DNA of 64,000 nt from Chrysomallon squamiferum (GCA_012295275.1 CM022675.1:7998001-8062000); one strand, 5' to 3'; positions 42,814-59,168 are shown, numbered from the stretch's first letter. Numbers and translations are program-made. The notes: generated by a model not told the origin, from the letters alone.

Positions 42814-43932
42814 TTTTTTGATACGAGGACCGTAGATTAACAGGTCGATTAAGCTAGTATGGAGATTAACGGGTATGAAGATTTGAAACTAGGTACAGAG
42901 ATAGGCTTGTAGCGGTAATTAGGACCCAGATAACTTGAAACTAGCTGGAGATATCGGAAAACGATAACTTGCATTTTGAAATATCTTCAAGACAGGTATT
43001 TAATAATTAATAATAATAAGTACACAAACTGGTAAGTAATAATTAAGAAGCTAGCTAGTTCAATCTAGTAGATGGACAGGTAGCTAGATATGAAGAAAAA
43101 AAAAAGAGCAAGTTGGTTAGACATGAAGAGAAGAAATAGGAAGATTTTGCAGATGTGAAAAAATATAGATGCTGATAAAGCAAAAGTATATACATAAGGA
43201 AATCAAAGAAAGAAAAATTGAAAGAAAAAAAGAAAGAAAGAAAGAAAGAAAGGATGAAAGAAGAAATTAAAACACAGAAAATAGTTAAATGGAGAAGTTA
43301 AAGAAAGAAGAAATGAAAGAAAGAAAGAAAAAGCCAGAGGAAAAGAAGAAAGAATAGAGACGAAAAAAAAAAAAAGAGTAGAAAATAGAAGGAAGGAAAG
43401 AAAGACGAAAGACACTGGAGGAAAAAAGGTTATCAAAAGTCAATTTGGGCCGAGTATAGACGAAGTAGGTAAAGTAATAACGATTTCTTCAGATACGTTA
43501 TAATTAAAACTGACCAACCATCGTTCACCAGAACTTACCATGTGGTCATTTATTTAATTACAAGTCTACTGTGGATGTATGTAAAAAAAAGTAATCTGGT
43601 AATGTCCAGTTAATGGCGTTGCAAATCTAGGCCAGATGCAAGTTATTCTTCGTTTTACGTTGTCGTCACTGTTAGCAACATCATTGCAACCCACTGTCGT
43701 TGTCAAGGTCATTATTATCATCAATATAATCATTATCATCATCGTTATTATCATCCTCGTCCTCGTCATTATCTGTTATCATCATCATTATCATTTTCAT
43801 TGTGACGTCATTTATGATTCAGAATCATGATTAGTTTTCTTATTGTCATTAGGATCATCATCACTATCTTCAACAACATCAAGTACATCATCATCATCAT
43901 CATCATCATCATAATCATTATTATTATTGTTG

Positions 43933-43976
<44 letters not shown>

Positions 43977-44693
43977 TACTATTATTATTATTATTAATAT
44001 TGTGGCATAAAATCTTTAGTTGGATTTAAATAATAATCAAAGCTAAAATGACCTCTAATATTGCATAGCAAATGAAATACATAAAGCAAATGGATAATTT
44101 ACGAAAGCAAACACATTATATCTCTCTGACAGACGCACACACACACAGACAAAACGAAATTAAAAGCTAATGAATTTTCACATATTTGTGAATATATATC
44201 ACACTGATTAAAAAATATATAACAGAATACGCTATCTGAAAAAAATCCATTATTTTGTCTCACACATAATTTAAATACAAGTTTTAACTTATTTTGTATA
44301 ACCGATGAAAAATATATTCCTAAATTTTCATTATCTATCTTCCCATAGAAAAAAAAAAAATATATATATATATATATATATTAATCTGCACTACGTTATT
44401 TTTCCTTCATACTGAAAATTAATTATTTTATTCCACGTTACACCTCATTTGCTTTTATAATTAAAACAAAATATATTAATCTGCGGTACAAAAATTTCCA
44501 TTTATAATTAAAACAAAATATATTAATCTGCTGTATATCAATTTCCGTTATTAAGGAACGACGTAAGAAATATATTAATCAGAGTTAATTTCGGACAACA
44601 AATCAAAACAAAAAAGTAATATTAATCATAATCAAATTCACGCAATGTTCAGAAAAAAAAAAAAAAAAAAATACAAATCCCAACGCCTCTTAC

Positions 44694-44815
44694 CTTCTTT
44701 CCAAAGAATACAAAACAGTCCAGAAGAGGAAAGGGAGGAATTGCTGATACAGATCTACCGATAAGTCGAAAGTTGTTGTACAGAAGTGACTTTTGCTCTT
44801 AATTTCAACAGCGAT
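44694..44815 (-). other. Probable non-coding first exon (likely of the tachykinin-related gene)
   Basis: Begins 25-30 nt downstream of a - strand TATA box, has no ATG, ends in the consensus donor AAG|GTAAGA (44693). The only - strand coding gene found downstream is the tachykinin precursor, whose ATG exon starts with an acceptor. Confidence 0.58.
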
Positions 44816-44834
44816 TGGTTTGCATCGACAGCAG

Positions 44835-44842
44835 CTTTATAT
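44835..44842 (-). promoter_or_regulatory. TATA box
   Basis: - strand ATATAAAG in non-repetitive context, with Inr-like CCAATC ~25 nt downstream and a donor ~145 nt downstream. Confidence 0.55.
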
Positions 44843-44994
44843 CTGTATGGATATCCCACGCTTGAAGTCGATACTAGCAGAGCCTGGTCTCAAAGAGGCG
44901 GAGACATTCCGCGTTAAATGAAAATTCTTTTTCTATTCGGCTTTCCGAGCTCATATTGGAAGTGAGTTGCTATTGATTATGGTTTATGTACGTA

Positions 44995-45375
<381 letters not shown>

Positions 45376-45400
45376 AGTTTGCATACGCTTGGGATGTCAT

Positions 45401-45435
<35 letters not shown>

Positions 45436-45917
45436 TTATTACTGTTGATGTTGTTGTTGTTGTTGCTATTTCGACATTATTAGACATTTACACATCATTT
45501 TTTTTTATCAACTTATCCTTTCTCGGTTGTGTACACATTATTTCTTACACTCCATCATCTACCTTCCTTCTTTCCGAACTTTATTTACATTTTATTTTCC
45601 ACCCTCAGTTTCCATTCTCGTCTCCTTTTTTTTTTTTTCTCTTTTCTTTCTTTTTTTTAAATACTTTATTCCATTTTTTTATTTTTTATTATTCCCTCTC
45701 TTGTATTCGTCATATGTATAACCACGCCTTATTCACTGACATTTCTCTTTATACGGAAATTATTGTAGATTAAACGCGACTCCACAATTTTTTTAATTTT
45801 TTTTTTTTTTAACTTAAACAACTCTTTTCGTAATTCATTGAACACGTGATTTTGTTGGCTTCCTTTAGACGCTTATTGAACACGTAATTTAAACGCTCGT
45901 GTGTTTTAATTTTCTAA

Positions 45918-45948
<31 letters not shown>

Positions 45949-47322
45949 TTTGCAAAAATGTCAAAATTAGTTGAAGACCCAAAAAGGGAATGAATGAAAT
46001 GTTACAGAGGAAATTGTTTGCATGTTATATCCATTACAGCAATCAGCTGATTCATTTGTTTGATCATCATAGTCATTATGATTGTCGTCGTAGTTGTTGT
46101 TGTCACTGTTATCATCGTCATCATCGTCGTCGTCGTCAATATCATCATGATCATCGTTGTTGTCGTCACTTTTGTTGTTACTCTTATCTTTATCATCGCC
46201 ATTATCATTACTATCATCTTCATCATCATCGTTATCACCATCAGCATCATATCACTCATTATCATCACAGTCATCATCTTATTGACGTCATCTTCATCAT
46301 TATTGTCATCATCATTATCAACATCACTGTAACGATTATCATTGTTAGCATCTTCAATTTCATAATGAACGTCGTCGAAGTCGTCATCATTGTGATTATT
46401 ATTATTATTATTATTATTATTGTTGTTGTTGTTGTTAAAAAGAAAAAAAAAAAAAAAAATACCGAACAGTAAAATAAATAAAAATCTTAAAAGAGACAAC
46501 ATTTTATTATTTTTTTTTTAAATTATTGACATTATTTTTTTTTTACATGATTAATTTTTTACTTTAATTAAAAAAAGAAATATGATTTATTCATACAGAA
46601 ATTTTATCTCCTTTTTTTTTCTAATACATATGAAAAAAAAAAATATCATTTTCTTTTTATTCATTTTTGTTTCTTTCAAAAGACAATTTGCAAGTCAGTT
46701 TAGCTTGCTCAAGATTTATTTTGTGTTAACGTAATGTATAGGCCATAATCATATCTATATCAAAATGTGTTTTATTCATTAGCTACACATAAATAATTTG
46801 GACACACTGATAAAAAAAAATAAATCTGTCTGCACGCCTACATTGTTATCGTTTTTAATTCAGTGAAAAAAAATGTAATAAAACATCACAAAGAGATTAC
46901 ATATCTTGTCAATAATTATCAGATTTCACTTTTTTTATTTTTTTTTTTGCTTTAGTTAGTTCCTGATTAATATACAAAGTAATAAATAAAAAATAAAAAA
47001 AAAAAAAAAAAAAATAAAAGAAATGGATAGGTAGACAGACAGAAAGAGGCTGAGATGGTCAGTTATGTAGGTCAGTGTACAGAATTACGTACACACTCAG
47101 TGATAGACAGACAGACAGACAGACGGATGAAAGTAATTAAACGTTTTTTTTTTAAATTAAGTAGGGTAAGTTAGAACAAGAACAGAAAGGTTGAAAAAAA
47201 TAAATTAAAAAAAAAGAAAAAATAGATAGGAGATGGCTAGATAGATAGCTAGATAGATAGATAGATAGATGGACAGGCAGACAGATATATATATATATAG
47301 ATAGATACATGGATGGACAGGC

Positions 47323-47361
<39 letters not shown>

Positions 47362-47653
47362 GAGATAGATGGACAGGCAGATTGATAGATAGATAGATAG
47401 ATAGATGCAAACATGCATATGTTGAAAGATAAACATATAAACAGATAGATGGATAGATAGACAGATATATAGATAGATAGATATCGATATAAACATAGAT
47501 AGATATAGAGATAGCAGATACTTAGATATACCGGTAGATAGAGATATAGATAGACAGATAGATAGATAGAGAGATAAGTATATAGACAGAGAGATGAAAT
47601 ATATTGACAGATGAAAGAAAGAAAGAAGGAAAAAAGAGAAAGGAAAGCAACGG

Positions 47654-47713
<60 letters not shown>

Positions 47714-48159
47714 AATAAAGAATAAACGAATGGATAATGGATTACAGTATGAAACAGAACGAAACATGCACTGGTTTTCCTCTAACATTTGTTAACAGTG
47801 ACAGTCTAAGTAACAGTCTATTTGGACTAACCAGAAGTCTCCGCGTGGGACAAATGCACTGGGTGCAGCAATTTACTTCAATAATGAGAGAGAATAGAAA
47901 GGATTTTATTGTCTTTGCCGAATAAAACCGTTACTTTAACCCCGCCCACACATCCGTCAATCAAAACACACGTATTCGATATCAGCTGCCAGCCTAAATA
48001 AACCTGTCTCAAGGATACCTTTTTTTTTTTTTTTTTTTTTTAACAATTTTTCGGGACAAGTTTTTTTTTATTCACTTCTAGGGATCGATTTTTGACCGTA
48101 ATTACGTACTGACTTTTAACTAGTTTTAAGAATCGATTGTTATGTTTCACTAGTCATTT

Positions 48160-48690
48160 GCAGACATCGACAATGTTGACTGAATGTCGACAATTACGCA
48201 TAACAATTAATATTCATCGACGCAGTAAACGCAGACGTTTTACGTCGAATCTTTAAGAAAAGGTCGACACAGTAATGTAGACACTCCCTGTTACGTTCAA
48301 AGATGTCGACATTCGCAGGCTTTTGCATGTAACCTCTCATTATTAATAGACACAGTAGAGATTGGGTAGACACAGTAACGTAGTTAACGATTAAGGAAGA
48401 AATCTGTCACTATGGTAGCATAGAAACTGATGGTTACGTTTAACTGTCGACAAATTAATACAGAGATTTTAACGGCAAAGTAGACATCGACTCCATTAAC
48501 GTAGACAGTAACCCGGAAATCGACATCGACAGATAACATTTCGTCGATGTAGAAATCGGTAGGTGACATCGATGTCGACAGAGTAACGTAGATATCGGCG
48601 TTGACAAATGCACAGGTAGACTCGGTAAAATGTAAAAATCGACTGGTAACGTTTAAATCGACCGAGTAATGTAAATATCGACAATGAGAG
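48160..48690. repeat. Degenerate TCGAC-rich minisatellite-like region
   Basis: Repeated variants of (A/G)TCGACACAGTAA(C/T)GTAGA, e.g. GTCGACACAGTAATGTAGAC, GTAGACACAGTAACGTAG, GTCGACAGAGTAACGTAGAT, ATCGACCGAGTAATGTAAAT. Confidence 0.7.
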
Positions 48691-49562
48691 TTAACCATTT
48701 AGCAAAAAATCGTGAAATTAAAAACAGATATTGACACTCTACGATCTTTTTTTTCTTTCCGTTAATTTTTTTTTCTTGTGTTTTTTTTTATATTATATAC
48801 AAATACACGTTAAGGAATCGGCAGTTCGCACACACAGTACAAGCTAATGGAATGGGAGAAAGTCATATCGGGTTTCAGCAAAGCTGTTTTTTTAAACCTG
48901 TTTCTCGTGGGGTTTGAAATTTAAAAGTGTATCGAGTTTCTCGATTGAAGCAGCCCTCGCAAATGTATACGTCGGGTAAGGTTACAGGCTACTTATCAAT
49001 GGAAACTAATGGCAAACAAACAGAATGTATAGTATCTTCGTTAAAAGCTGCTAAGTATTTCAGTCTTTATTGGTACTATTATTGTTATTATTAATATTAT
49101 TAGAAATGCTATTCCTGGTTCAGGTGAAATGCTGAAATGTTTATTTTGTTTAATTTTTTTTTTTTTTTAAAGTTTATTATTTGACTTCCATTCCCTCGAT
49201 ATCAGTTTTCTATTTTGTTCATTGAGTGGGTGGGTTAGTTTTTTTTGTTTTGTTGTTTGTTTTTTATTTTTTATTTTGGTTGAACATATGTATTATGTTC
49301 GTATGTGCGTGCATGAATGTGTATCTGTGTATTCTGTAAATATATATATAAATGCAGTATGTATGGGTGTATGTACGTTTAAGGTTTGTGTCTATATATA
49401 TATATATACATGCATATAGTTTTATATGTAAATATATATATGTGTGGTTGTGTGTCTGTGTGTAAATATGTCTATGTCTGTGCGTCTGTGTCTATGTTTA
49501 TGTATATTTACGTATCCATGTACGTCAGGGATGTATGTATATTTGTATGATGTACGTAAGCA

Positions 49563-49593
<31 letters not shown>

Positions 49594-50342
49594 TTAATAG
49601 TATCAATATATTTCTGTAAATTATGCTGCACATTACTTCACGCAATTTTATTTATTTTTTTTTTTGACAAAATAAAACTCTTTAGCTATTACTGTCCTAT
49701 CCCCAGTGAATGCGAACTAAGTTAATGTTTTATATAAATATATCTACAAGAAATTAATATGAAAATTAGTGATCTAGACACATTTTCACGAACAATTAAT
49801 GACGATAATTGCTGCAATAAAGTTCAGGTTATTTGTGGAAAAGTCTGTGATATCTTGTTTCAGAAATATTTTGACGATTACTGACGTGCGACTGTTTGTA
49901 TGTATCGAGTTAAAAGGCGTTGATGATCACTTCAGTTATTACGGATCCTGTAACAGATAGCTTCGTTTATAGCGATAAGATTAAAAAAAAAAAAAAAAAA
50001 AAAAAATTTAAAAAGATATCATGCGGCTTCATAATACTCCAGCTATGATGTTATTCAGACCACATGACTAGATTTATCACTTGACTTGTCAACATGACGT
50101 TCGTTGGAAGCGTCCAGTAAAAACAAAAATTAAAAATATTTAAAAAGAAACGGACACCCCCTCCATCCCAAACACACTAACATGAACAATTGACAGCTCG
50201 TAACTCACGTGCATGAAGGCTGGACGTTAACGATTTTTTTTTTTTCAGCTACACTGTGTCAAGGACACGACATTTTCCACAATGTCATGTAACAAGGACT
50301 GTGAATATTTTGAATTTGAATTTTTTTTCTACTTTATTATTA

Positions 50343-50398
<56 letters not shown>

Positions 50399-50508
50399 TG
50401 TAGTAGTAGTAAATGCCGGCATTCATACATTAAGAGGTAATTGTTATCACAACATTTTGACACACTATTAGCAAGAATGCAGACCATAACACTCGACTTC
50501 CAAGACTG

Positions 50509-50569
<61 letters not shown>

Positions 50570-50694
50570 AACAATGTCGTTCGATAGATCAGAACCATTT
50601 TTTCGCTTAAATCTATATTATCTCTTTCTCTGTATCTCTCTTTATCTGTATGTCTATCTATCTAATTATCTTTCTTTCTTTACTTTCTATCAAT

Positions 50695-50820
<126 letters not shown>

Positions 50821-50827
50821 ATCTCTC

Positions 50828-50957
<130 letters not shown>

Positions 50958-51839
50958 TCCAGTGATCGTCTGTCTCAGCTCGTCTTCAAACTAACAATAC
51001 ATATCCAGATTCTTAGTGATCGACAAGGGACTCATAACACAAGCTGCATACTTGTTAGTTTCAGTTGTGTTATCAACAAGGTAATCATGTCGCCAAGTAA
51101 TTATATACACCAGCTTGGAAGAACCATACGTTAGCTCAAAGTACATTAACAAATTAGCCTCTCAGATTGTATGCTTGGCAGATTCTAATTAAATAAATTC
51201 TCGTTGATTTATGGTAATCAGATATACGTGAACGAGATCACGGATATTCCGAAGGTTTGCTAAGTGGGTGAGGGTTCGGGTTTATCTGTTCAGCATCTGC
51301 TGAGAATCCCCGTTCTGTTTTCCTCATTGTGTTTTTTTGTTTTTTGTTTGTTAACAGAACTGTTCTTGTGTTAGTTTTGTTTTGAATTGTGCATGGTGTG
51401 TAAATTAGGGGTAATCATATTATGTGGTACGAGAGTGTATGTAAGTTTATGCAGGTATTTGTACGTAGGTATAGATGTATGTACGTATGGATGTGTGGAT
51501 AAATGGATGGTTGTATGTATGTATGTTCGTATGTATGTGTCTGTCTATTATGTATGGATGTATACATGTATGTATTGTCTACGTATTTAAATATCAATGC
51601 ATGCATGCATGTATCTATGTATGTATGTGTATGTATGGATATATGTATGTATGTACGTACGTATGTATGTGTGTATACATGTATGTAGGATGCATGCGTG
51701 TGTGTATTCGTAAGTCATTAATATACATATTTCTACGTACGCATGCCAGATTAATACAATTCTTAAGCTAAGAGTAAAAATGTTATTTATGTATAAAAGT
51801 AAACCATTAATGAAACGGAACGAGAAAATGAACAAATAA

Positions 51840-51965
<126 letters not shown>

Positions 51966-52933
51966 TTCACTCTTACTCTCTCTTTCTTTATCAACTTTTC
52001 TAATATCCAAATTTGAAACTCGGGCTGACCGTCTCATCTTCTGTGGCGAAATGATAACAAAAGAATGAGTCATTTTTGGTGCATTTTCTATCCAAAACTA
52101 CCAACATTTTCACAACCTTTTTTTTTTTTTTTTTTTTAATGATTTAAACAAGGATCGATTTCCGAATTCCCAACTGATCATTTTAAAACGTTCGTACCAC
52201 AAATACGGTCCACGTATTTTTTTTTTTTTTCCATGCTTCATTTCCTTGTCTTTGTTTTAGAAGCCTTGTATTATACTTGTCTCGCTATTGTGTATTTTGT
52301 TTGCGTTCGCTCGAGCGCGGATAAATGCGTAAAATACTATATAGATCTATTTGCGGTCTTTGAAATAGGATTTTTGTCCTCTCCCGTTATAACGTGATGT
52401 GTGAACTCTTTATTATTCATTATTAATGTTTATTTTACTGGATGGGCAGTTATTGTGTTAGTTAAGTGAAATATAGATCTCTTTGTTTTGCATCTTCATG
52501 CGGAAATATTCTGTAATGACTATTGCGTGCTTTTTTTCTTCTCTTAACGTTTTTTTTTTTTTTTTTTTTTTTTCCCATTATCGAATCTTAGTTTCATTAT
52601 AACTACTACTACTTCTGCTACAACAACAACTACTACTACTACTACAATAGCTATTCGTATTATCATTGCCTCTTAATCACATTTTTAGTAGCACAATAGT
52701 GATGCTGGTAGTAGTCGTCATATTAGTAAGTATCAGTTTGTAGTTGTAGTAGTTGTAATAGTAATGACGGTAGTAGATGTCTACGAGGAACCGATAAGAG
52801 CTGGAGCTGAAGAGACATTGGTTGTCGTAGTTGTGGAAGAAATGATCGTCGTCGTCTTCTTCATACTGGTAGTAGTTCTGACTGTATTTATTAAACATTT
52901 TATGTACTTTTTAGTTTACCATGATAATCATCA

Positions 52934-52982
<49 letters not shown>

Positions 52983-53086
52983 CATTATCGTTATTATTGT
53001 CATTGTCATCACCATTATCATTATCATTATTATAATTATCTTTATCATTGTCATCATCATCGTCATCATTTCATCATCACCATTAA

Positions 53087-53119
<33 letters not shown>

Positions 53120-53639
53120 GCGACTAATAACCAACTAACAACCACACCCATTTGTTGCTTCCACGCTTACTAAATACATTAATTATTGACATGAGTTTAG
53201 TAAATACACTTTCAGCTCCAGTATGCCACTAAGTGCGTGCGTATTAGCGTTTCAATCGGCAACAAATCGTTTGCATTAACACGGCATATGAAGACCGTAG
53301 CATTTCATTTTTTCTACGTCACCAGAATAATCGCAGCTTAATCTGAGTAAATGTTCTTCATACTTGTCTCTCTGCAAAGCACGACAGTCGATTTTGAATG
53401 GACCGAGTTTGGTTGTTCGCTTGTAAAGATTATTAATGTGGGCTTTTCTTCAGCCGGAGTCGTAACACTGCTTGGTGAAGAAACATGTGGAAAGCGATGC
53501 TTAATGAAGAAAGAAGAATAAGATGAAGAAAAATGATTTTTTTATATTTGATTTTTTTTATTTTTTTGATGCATGTTATCGGTGGATGATCGTTGTATGT
53601 GTGATTATAAGATGGTTAAATATATCAGAATATTAGCAT

Positions 53640-53765
53640 GTGTGTCTGTCTGTGTGTGTGTGTGTGCGTGCGTGCATGCTAGATGCCGCTGACGTGATTC
53701 GAACGTACGTCATCATTCACCCCGCACGCCGGAGAAACGAAGATATCACTCGATTTACGAGAAAG
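53640..53765 (-). mobile_element. Possible degenerate tRNA-derived SINE fragment
   Basis: - strand B-box-like GTTCGAATC inside a GACGT..ACGTC stem, weak A-box-like TAAATCGAGTG ~45 nt upstream, CA-repeat tail downstream; no target-site duplication identified. Confidence 0.25.
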
Positions 53766-55010
53766 TATATAATAAAATTTATTCAACTTTATTATTATTC
53801 TTTTTTTTATTAAATCAATGCATTAATTAATAAATTATTAATAATAACAATAACAACAACGACAACAGCAACAAAAACAACAAGAACAGCAATAATAATA
53901 TTTTTCCCAAATTAATACTCTTTAGCATAAAATCTATCCAGGTATCGTCAAACAAAATTTAATTACCATTCATCCATCCCTTCCTGCCTCCATCCATCCA
54001 TCCAACAATCCATCCATCCATCCATCCATCCATCCATCCATCCATCCATCCATCCATCCATCTTCACATCAACTCATTCATTCATTCAAACCTATACTAC
54101 GTGCTTATTCCTACCTTACAAGGACTAGCGACATACGAGAAACATACAGTTGTTTATAAGTGAATGAAACACGGGGGTGAGCCAAGCCTAAAAATACGAA
54201 TACTTTTCTTTTTTTTTTTTTTTTTCACAAATCGAAGACAATCGCTTCTATTTAAAACGCTAACTACGGCGAAAACAAGAGAGACCAGAACCCGATATAG
54301 CCATCAAGTTTTCAATTCCGTAGTACTACGGCGGAATGGAAATTATCAAGAAATCGTAAACATGACCTTTATTCCGAACAGTGTGGGCGATTATGACGTA
54401 AAAAAAAAAAAAAAGAAAAGGCTAAAAACACACACGTTGTTGGCCCTTTTTATAAAATTTATTATTAAAGATACGTGTTAATAAATGGGCTAAAGCTTGA
54501 TCATTGGAATGGTTGCCTCAAACGTCTGAGAAAGCGGGATCGAATCTCTGCTGTCGATATGTCGGGTTATATCCTAATCTTAAAGCCTGTTCCGTTAATT
54601 TGTCAACGTTTTTTATTTTTTTATTTTATTTTTTTAATTTTTAAAAAAAAATTTTAAAATTAATTTTTAATTTTTTTGTTTTTATATTATATATATATTT
54701 ATTATATATTATATGTATGTAATTGTTATATCATTAGTCGTGCTATATTGTTTACTGTGTGTGTGAATCGTGGTTTAGAAATAAATGTTTCTACTCACAG
54801 ATGATAATTAACTCTTTAGTTTCGTTTTGTATTGTTACCTATCCGTCTTTCTGTCTGTTTGTCTGTGTCTACGTATATCTGTCAATCTATCCACCTTTCT
54901 CTTTCTCTAGCTCAAGCCAATCTGAATAATAATAAATAAATAAACAAATAAAATACTAAAAAACAAACAAACAAACAAATAAATAAATAAAATGCTAAAA
55001 AACAAACAAA

Positions 55011-55057
<47 letters not shown>

Positions 55058-55551
55058 ACAAATAAATAAATAAACAAAAACATAAATAAATAACGTGAAA
55101 AAAGTAATGAAGGATGTTTTAATTTTTGAGTAGAAAATTAATTAAAAAAAAAAAAAAATATAAAAAAGATTTCTAGACTGTTTAAAACTGGTTTAACCTT
55201 TCGGACTTTCTTCTTTTCTTTTTTTTTTTTTTTTTTTTTTTTTCTTCTTTTTTTTTTTTTTTTTAATTAAAAACAAAAATTACTTTGTTTGAAAGATGAA
55301 TAGCGGGGGTGTTCTAACTACTTTTTCTAACAGCCTCTGGTACCTCAATTTACTACAGCGTGTCGTAAACAAACATTGTGATTATGCGACTAATAAGTGG
55401 GCGTATTTATTTTCGTAATTTGATGATGATGATTGTAACGAAAATGAGATACATTTTGATGATGGTGATGATGACGGTTTTGAAAGGAGTTAGCAACAAT
55501 AATATCAACACCAGTGTCATTATCGCTACCTACAACAGCAACAGCAACACC

Positions 55552-55633
<82 letters not shown>

Positions 55634-55697
55634 GTAGTAGTAATAATAGTAGTAGTAGTAGTAGTAATAATAATAATAATAGTTGTAGTAGTAGTAA

Positions 55698-55755
<58 letters not shown>

Positions 55756-56052
55756 GATGATAATAATAATGTTGATGATAAAATATTAGTACAAATGGCA
55801 ATAATTAATCGTGATGGTAAAGCAACATAAAACATATCAACAACGTCAACCAATGACAGTAACATTATATCCTTAATACAACACCATCACCACTACTACT
55901 ACTACAAACTACTACTACGGCTTCTATTATTACTGCTAATACAACTGCTGATACTGCTACAACCCTACTAAGACTAATACTATTATTATACTGTTACTAC
56001 TACTATTACTACAACTACTACTACTAATATTATAATACTACTACTACTACAG

Positions 56053-56095
<43 letters not shown>

Positions 56096-56697
56096 CACTA
56101 TTATTACTACTTAAAAAAAAAAAAAAAAAAAATGATTCGTACATTTCCGTAATTTAACGAAATGGCACGATCAAGTCGGCTTGTATCAACGAACTAAAAA
56201 AAAAAAAAAAAAAGAAGAAAATTGTTGATCATACTTTCTGGTCGACCTTTTTCTTACCTGCACTCTCTCTTTCACTTGGACAGTTATTGTTTTCTATTAA
56301 AACAGCTTCCTGGCCAGCTACGTTCTGAATTAACAAGGAAATTAAGTGTCGAAAGATATCTTTAAAGTCCGCGTATGTCGCCCGAACTAATTACGACCAT
56401 TATGCCTTAACGAGGCTCTTCCGCAGTGAATTTATTAATTTTGTTTCATTATTTTACACCGCCACACCAGCCACGACAAAGACCAGTCTATTTTTTTTTT
56501 TTTTTTTTTCGTTTGTTTCTATATTCCTTCCAAGTACACCTATATGTCGCTTTTTTTTTTCTTTTTCTTTTTTTTTTTTCAATATGAGATATTTTCTTCT
56601 GGTTGTTATTTATTTATTTGTTTATTTTTTTTTTATTATTATTTATTTATTTATTATTATTATTATTATTATTGTTATTTATTTATTGTTGTTGTTG

Positions 56698-56744
<47 letters not shown>

Positions 56745-56823
56745 TATTTTTATTATTATTACTATTATGTATTATTATTATTATTACTATTATATATTAT
56801 TATTATTTTTATTATCAATATCT

Positions 56824-56882
<59 letters not shown>

Positions 56883-57745
56883 TACCATTATGTATTATTA
56901 TTATTTTTATTATTATTTTTATTATCAATATCTTTATCATTATCATCATCATCATTATTATTATTATTATAATTATTTTATCATTCTAGATTTAAAAACA
57001 CAGTTTGTTTCTCTTTAAATTATGTGGCTAAGTAAGTTGTATTATGAGTGACAGGTTTCGAGTTCGCGTCCTCTGGTAGAACATAACAACTACCACTACT
57101 ATCTCTTCAACTACTGCTACAACTACCACTACCACTAGTATTATTATTACAACAGGTACTGCTATCACTACTACTACTACAAATACTACAATAACAACAC
57201 CTACTATTACTACTCCAGCTACTAAATACACTCCCACAACAACTACTACTATTACTACTACAACTACTACTATTATTGCTACTACTACTACTACCACTAC
57301 AACTACTACTACTACTACTACCATAACTACCACTGCTTATTGTAATAATATCTGCAGAGTAAAAGGTACCGCGAGATTTCAGTCGTTATTAATGGACTGT
57401 TATAGCTACACCATCATCAACGTCATCATCATCATCATCATCATCATCATCAGCGGCAGGCCAAATGTAACGACTGCTTTTTTCATAACGCAACAATTCA
57501 TCGTCTGTGATTTCCAGTAATTTAATACGTTCTGTGACATTTTTTGGTTTCTCTTTATGTCACATTTGAAAGAAAAAATGAAAACAACAAGAGAGAGGTA
57601 AAAAAAAAAAAAAAAAAAAAAAATTATCAACTGAATAATTTCTTATTTTGACGTAATGGAAAACCTAGTAACACTGAACTCTTTATGTTGTACGATGACA
57701 GCTTGACTCTGATATAAGAACATTGAGTACATTGTAAACTGAGGT

Positions 57746-57828
<83 letters not shown>

Positions 57829-57853
57829 TCTTTTCTGTTCTTCTTTTCTTCTT

Positions 57854-57884
<31 letters not shown>

Positions 57885-59117
57885 TTATTATTATTATTAT
57901 TATTATTATGATTATTATTAATATTTAATTTGTAATTAATTATTTACATTATCTCTCTCTCTATCTATCTCTGTCTCTGTGTAAGACATATAAAAGAACT
58001 GCTCTAAAAATAAAGACCCCACATTTCTATTTAAAACCGCGTAACCATACTAAATACGAGGAAGTGGAAGCACAGATAAACAGAATCATCACAACAGAGA
58101 GAAGTTTAAACAAAACCATTGTGCACCGCCCGAGTTTCGTAATCTAGTTTCTTACATTATTCATAGCGTTATCTCAATCAAAGATTAAATTATATAACGT
58201 CAACGATGATGAAGATACTGACAATGATGATGATGCTGATGAATCGTTAGCAATATCAACATACTTTATTTTTTTTGCATACATTGTTTGATTGTAACGT
58301 ATATTGTAAAAGTAGTAGTATTCCTTGTAATAGAAGTAGCAGTCATAGTGTAGTTGTAGTAACAGTGATAGTCATAATAATTGTAGAGGTGATGGTAGTA
58401 GTAGTAGTAGTAGTAGTAACAGGTGTAATAAAAAGAATAGTAATAATAAAGTTGAACTATTTGTAGTATAATCACGTGGTGGTAGTGGTAGTTGTAGGAG
58501 CAATAGATGATGGAGGTACAGTTGTCGTTGTTTTTGTTGTTGTTGTAGTAGTTGTAGTAGTACTCATAGTACAAACTGACGGTAGCAAACTTTTTCTCTT
58601 CTTTATTTCCCCCTTTTAGTAACGTCATACAATGTTGCAGAATGTTTTCTTTAATCCTTTGATCAGTGAAAGTTGTGGGAAGGAAAACAAAACATCTCTC
58701 TTATAAACCTTTACAATTCTGTTCGAATCTTTTCAGAAAATATATATATATACTTCTTTTTTTAATTTTTTTTTTTTATTTTTTATTTTATTTTTTTCAA
58801 ATCTGTACTTTTGCTAAAAGAAATTGCCTTGAAGAAGAAAGACGCGAACAATCATCTCTGTAAGAAGATTAAATAAAAATTCTGAAATTCCCCGTCTCTT
58901 AATCCGGTTTAACAATGGCGCTTTTAGAAAATAACGGTAAGCACACTTTCACAGCTGTTGACCAATTGTAAGGAACTCGGACGGATCTGTGTCCGATTTT
59001 GTAACGTAGTCGATTCCTGGTGAAAATTAAACTTCCGCTTTCGTGGATTATATTATTCTGTTTAAACATAAATAGATAAATAGATAGATAGATGGATAGA
59101 CAGACAGACAGACAGAC

Positions 59118-59168
<51 letters not shown>

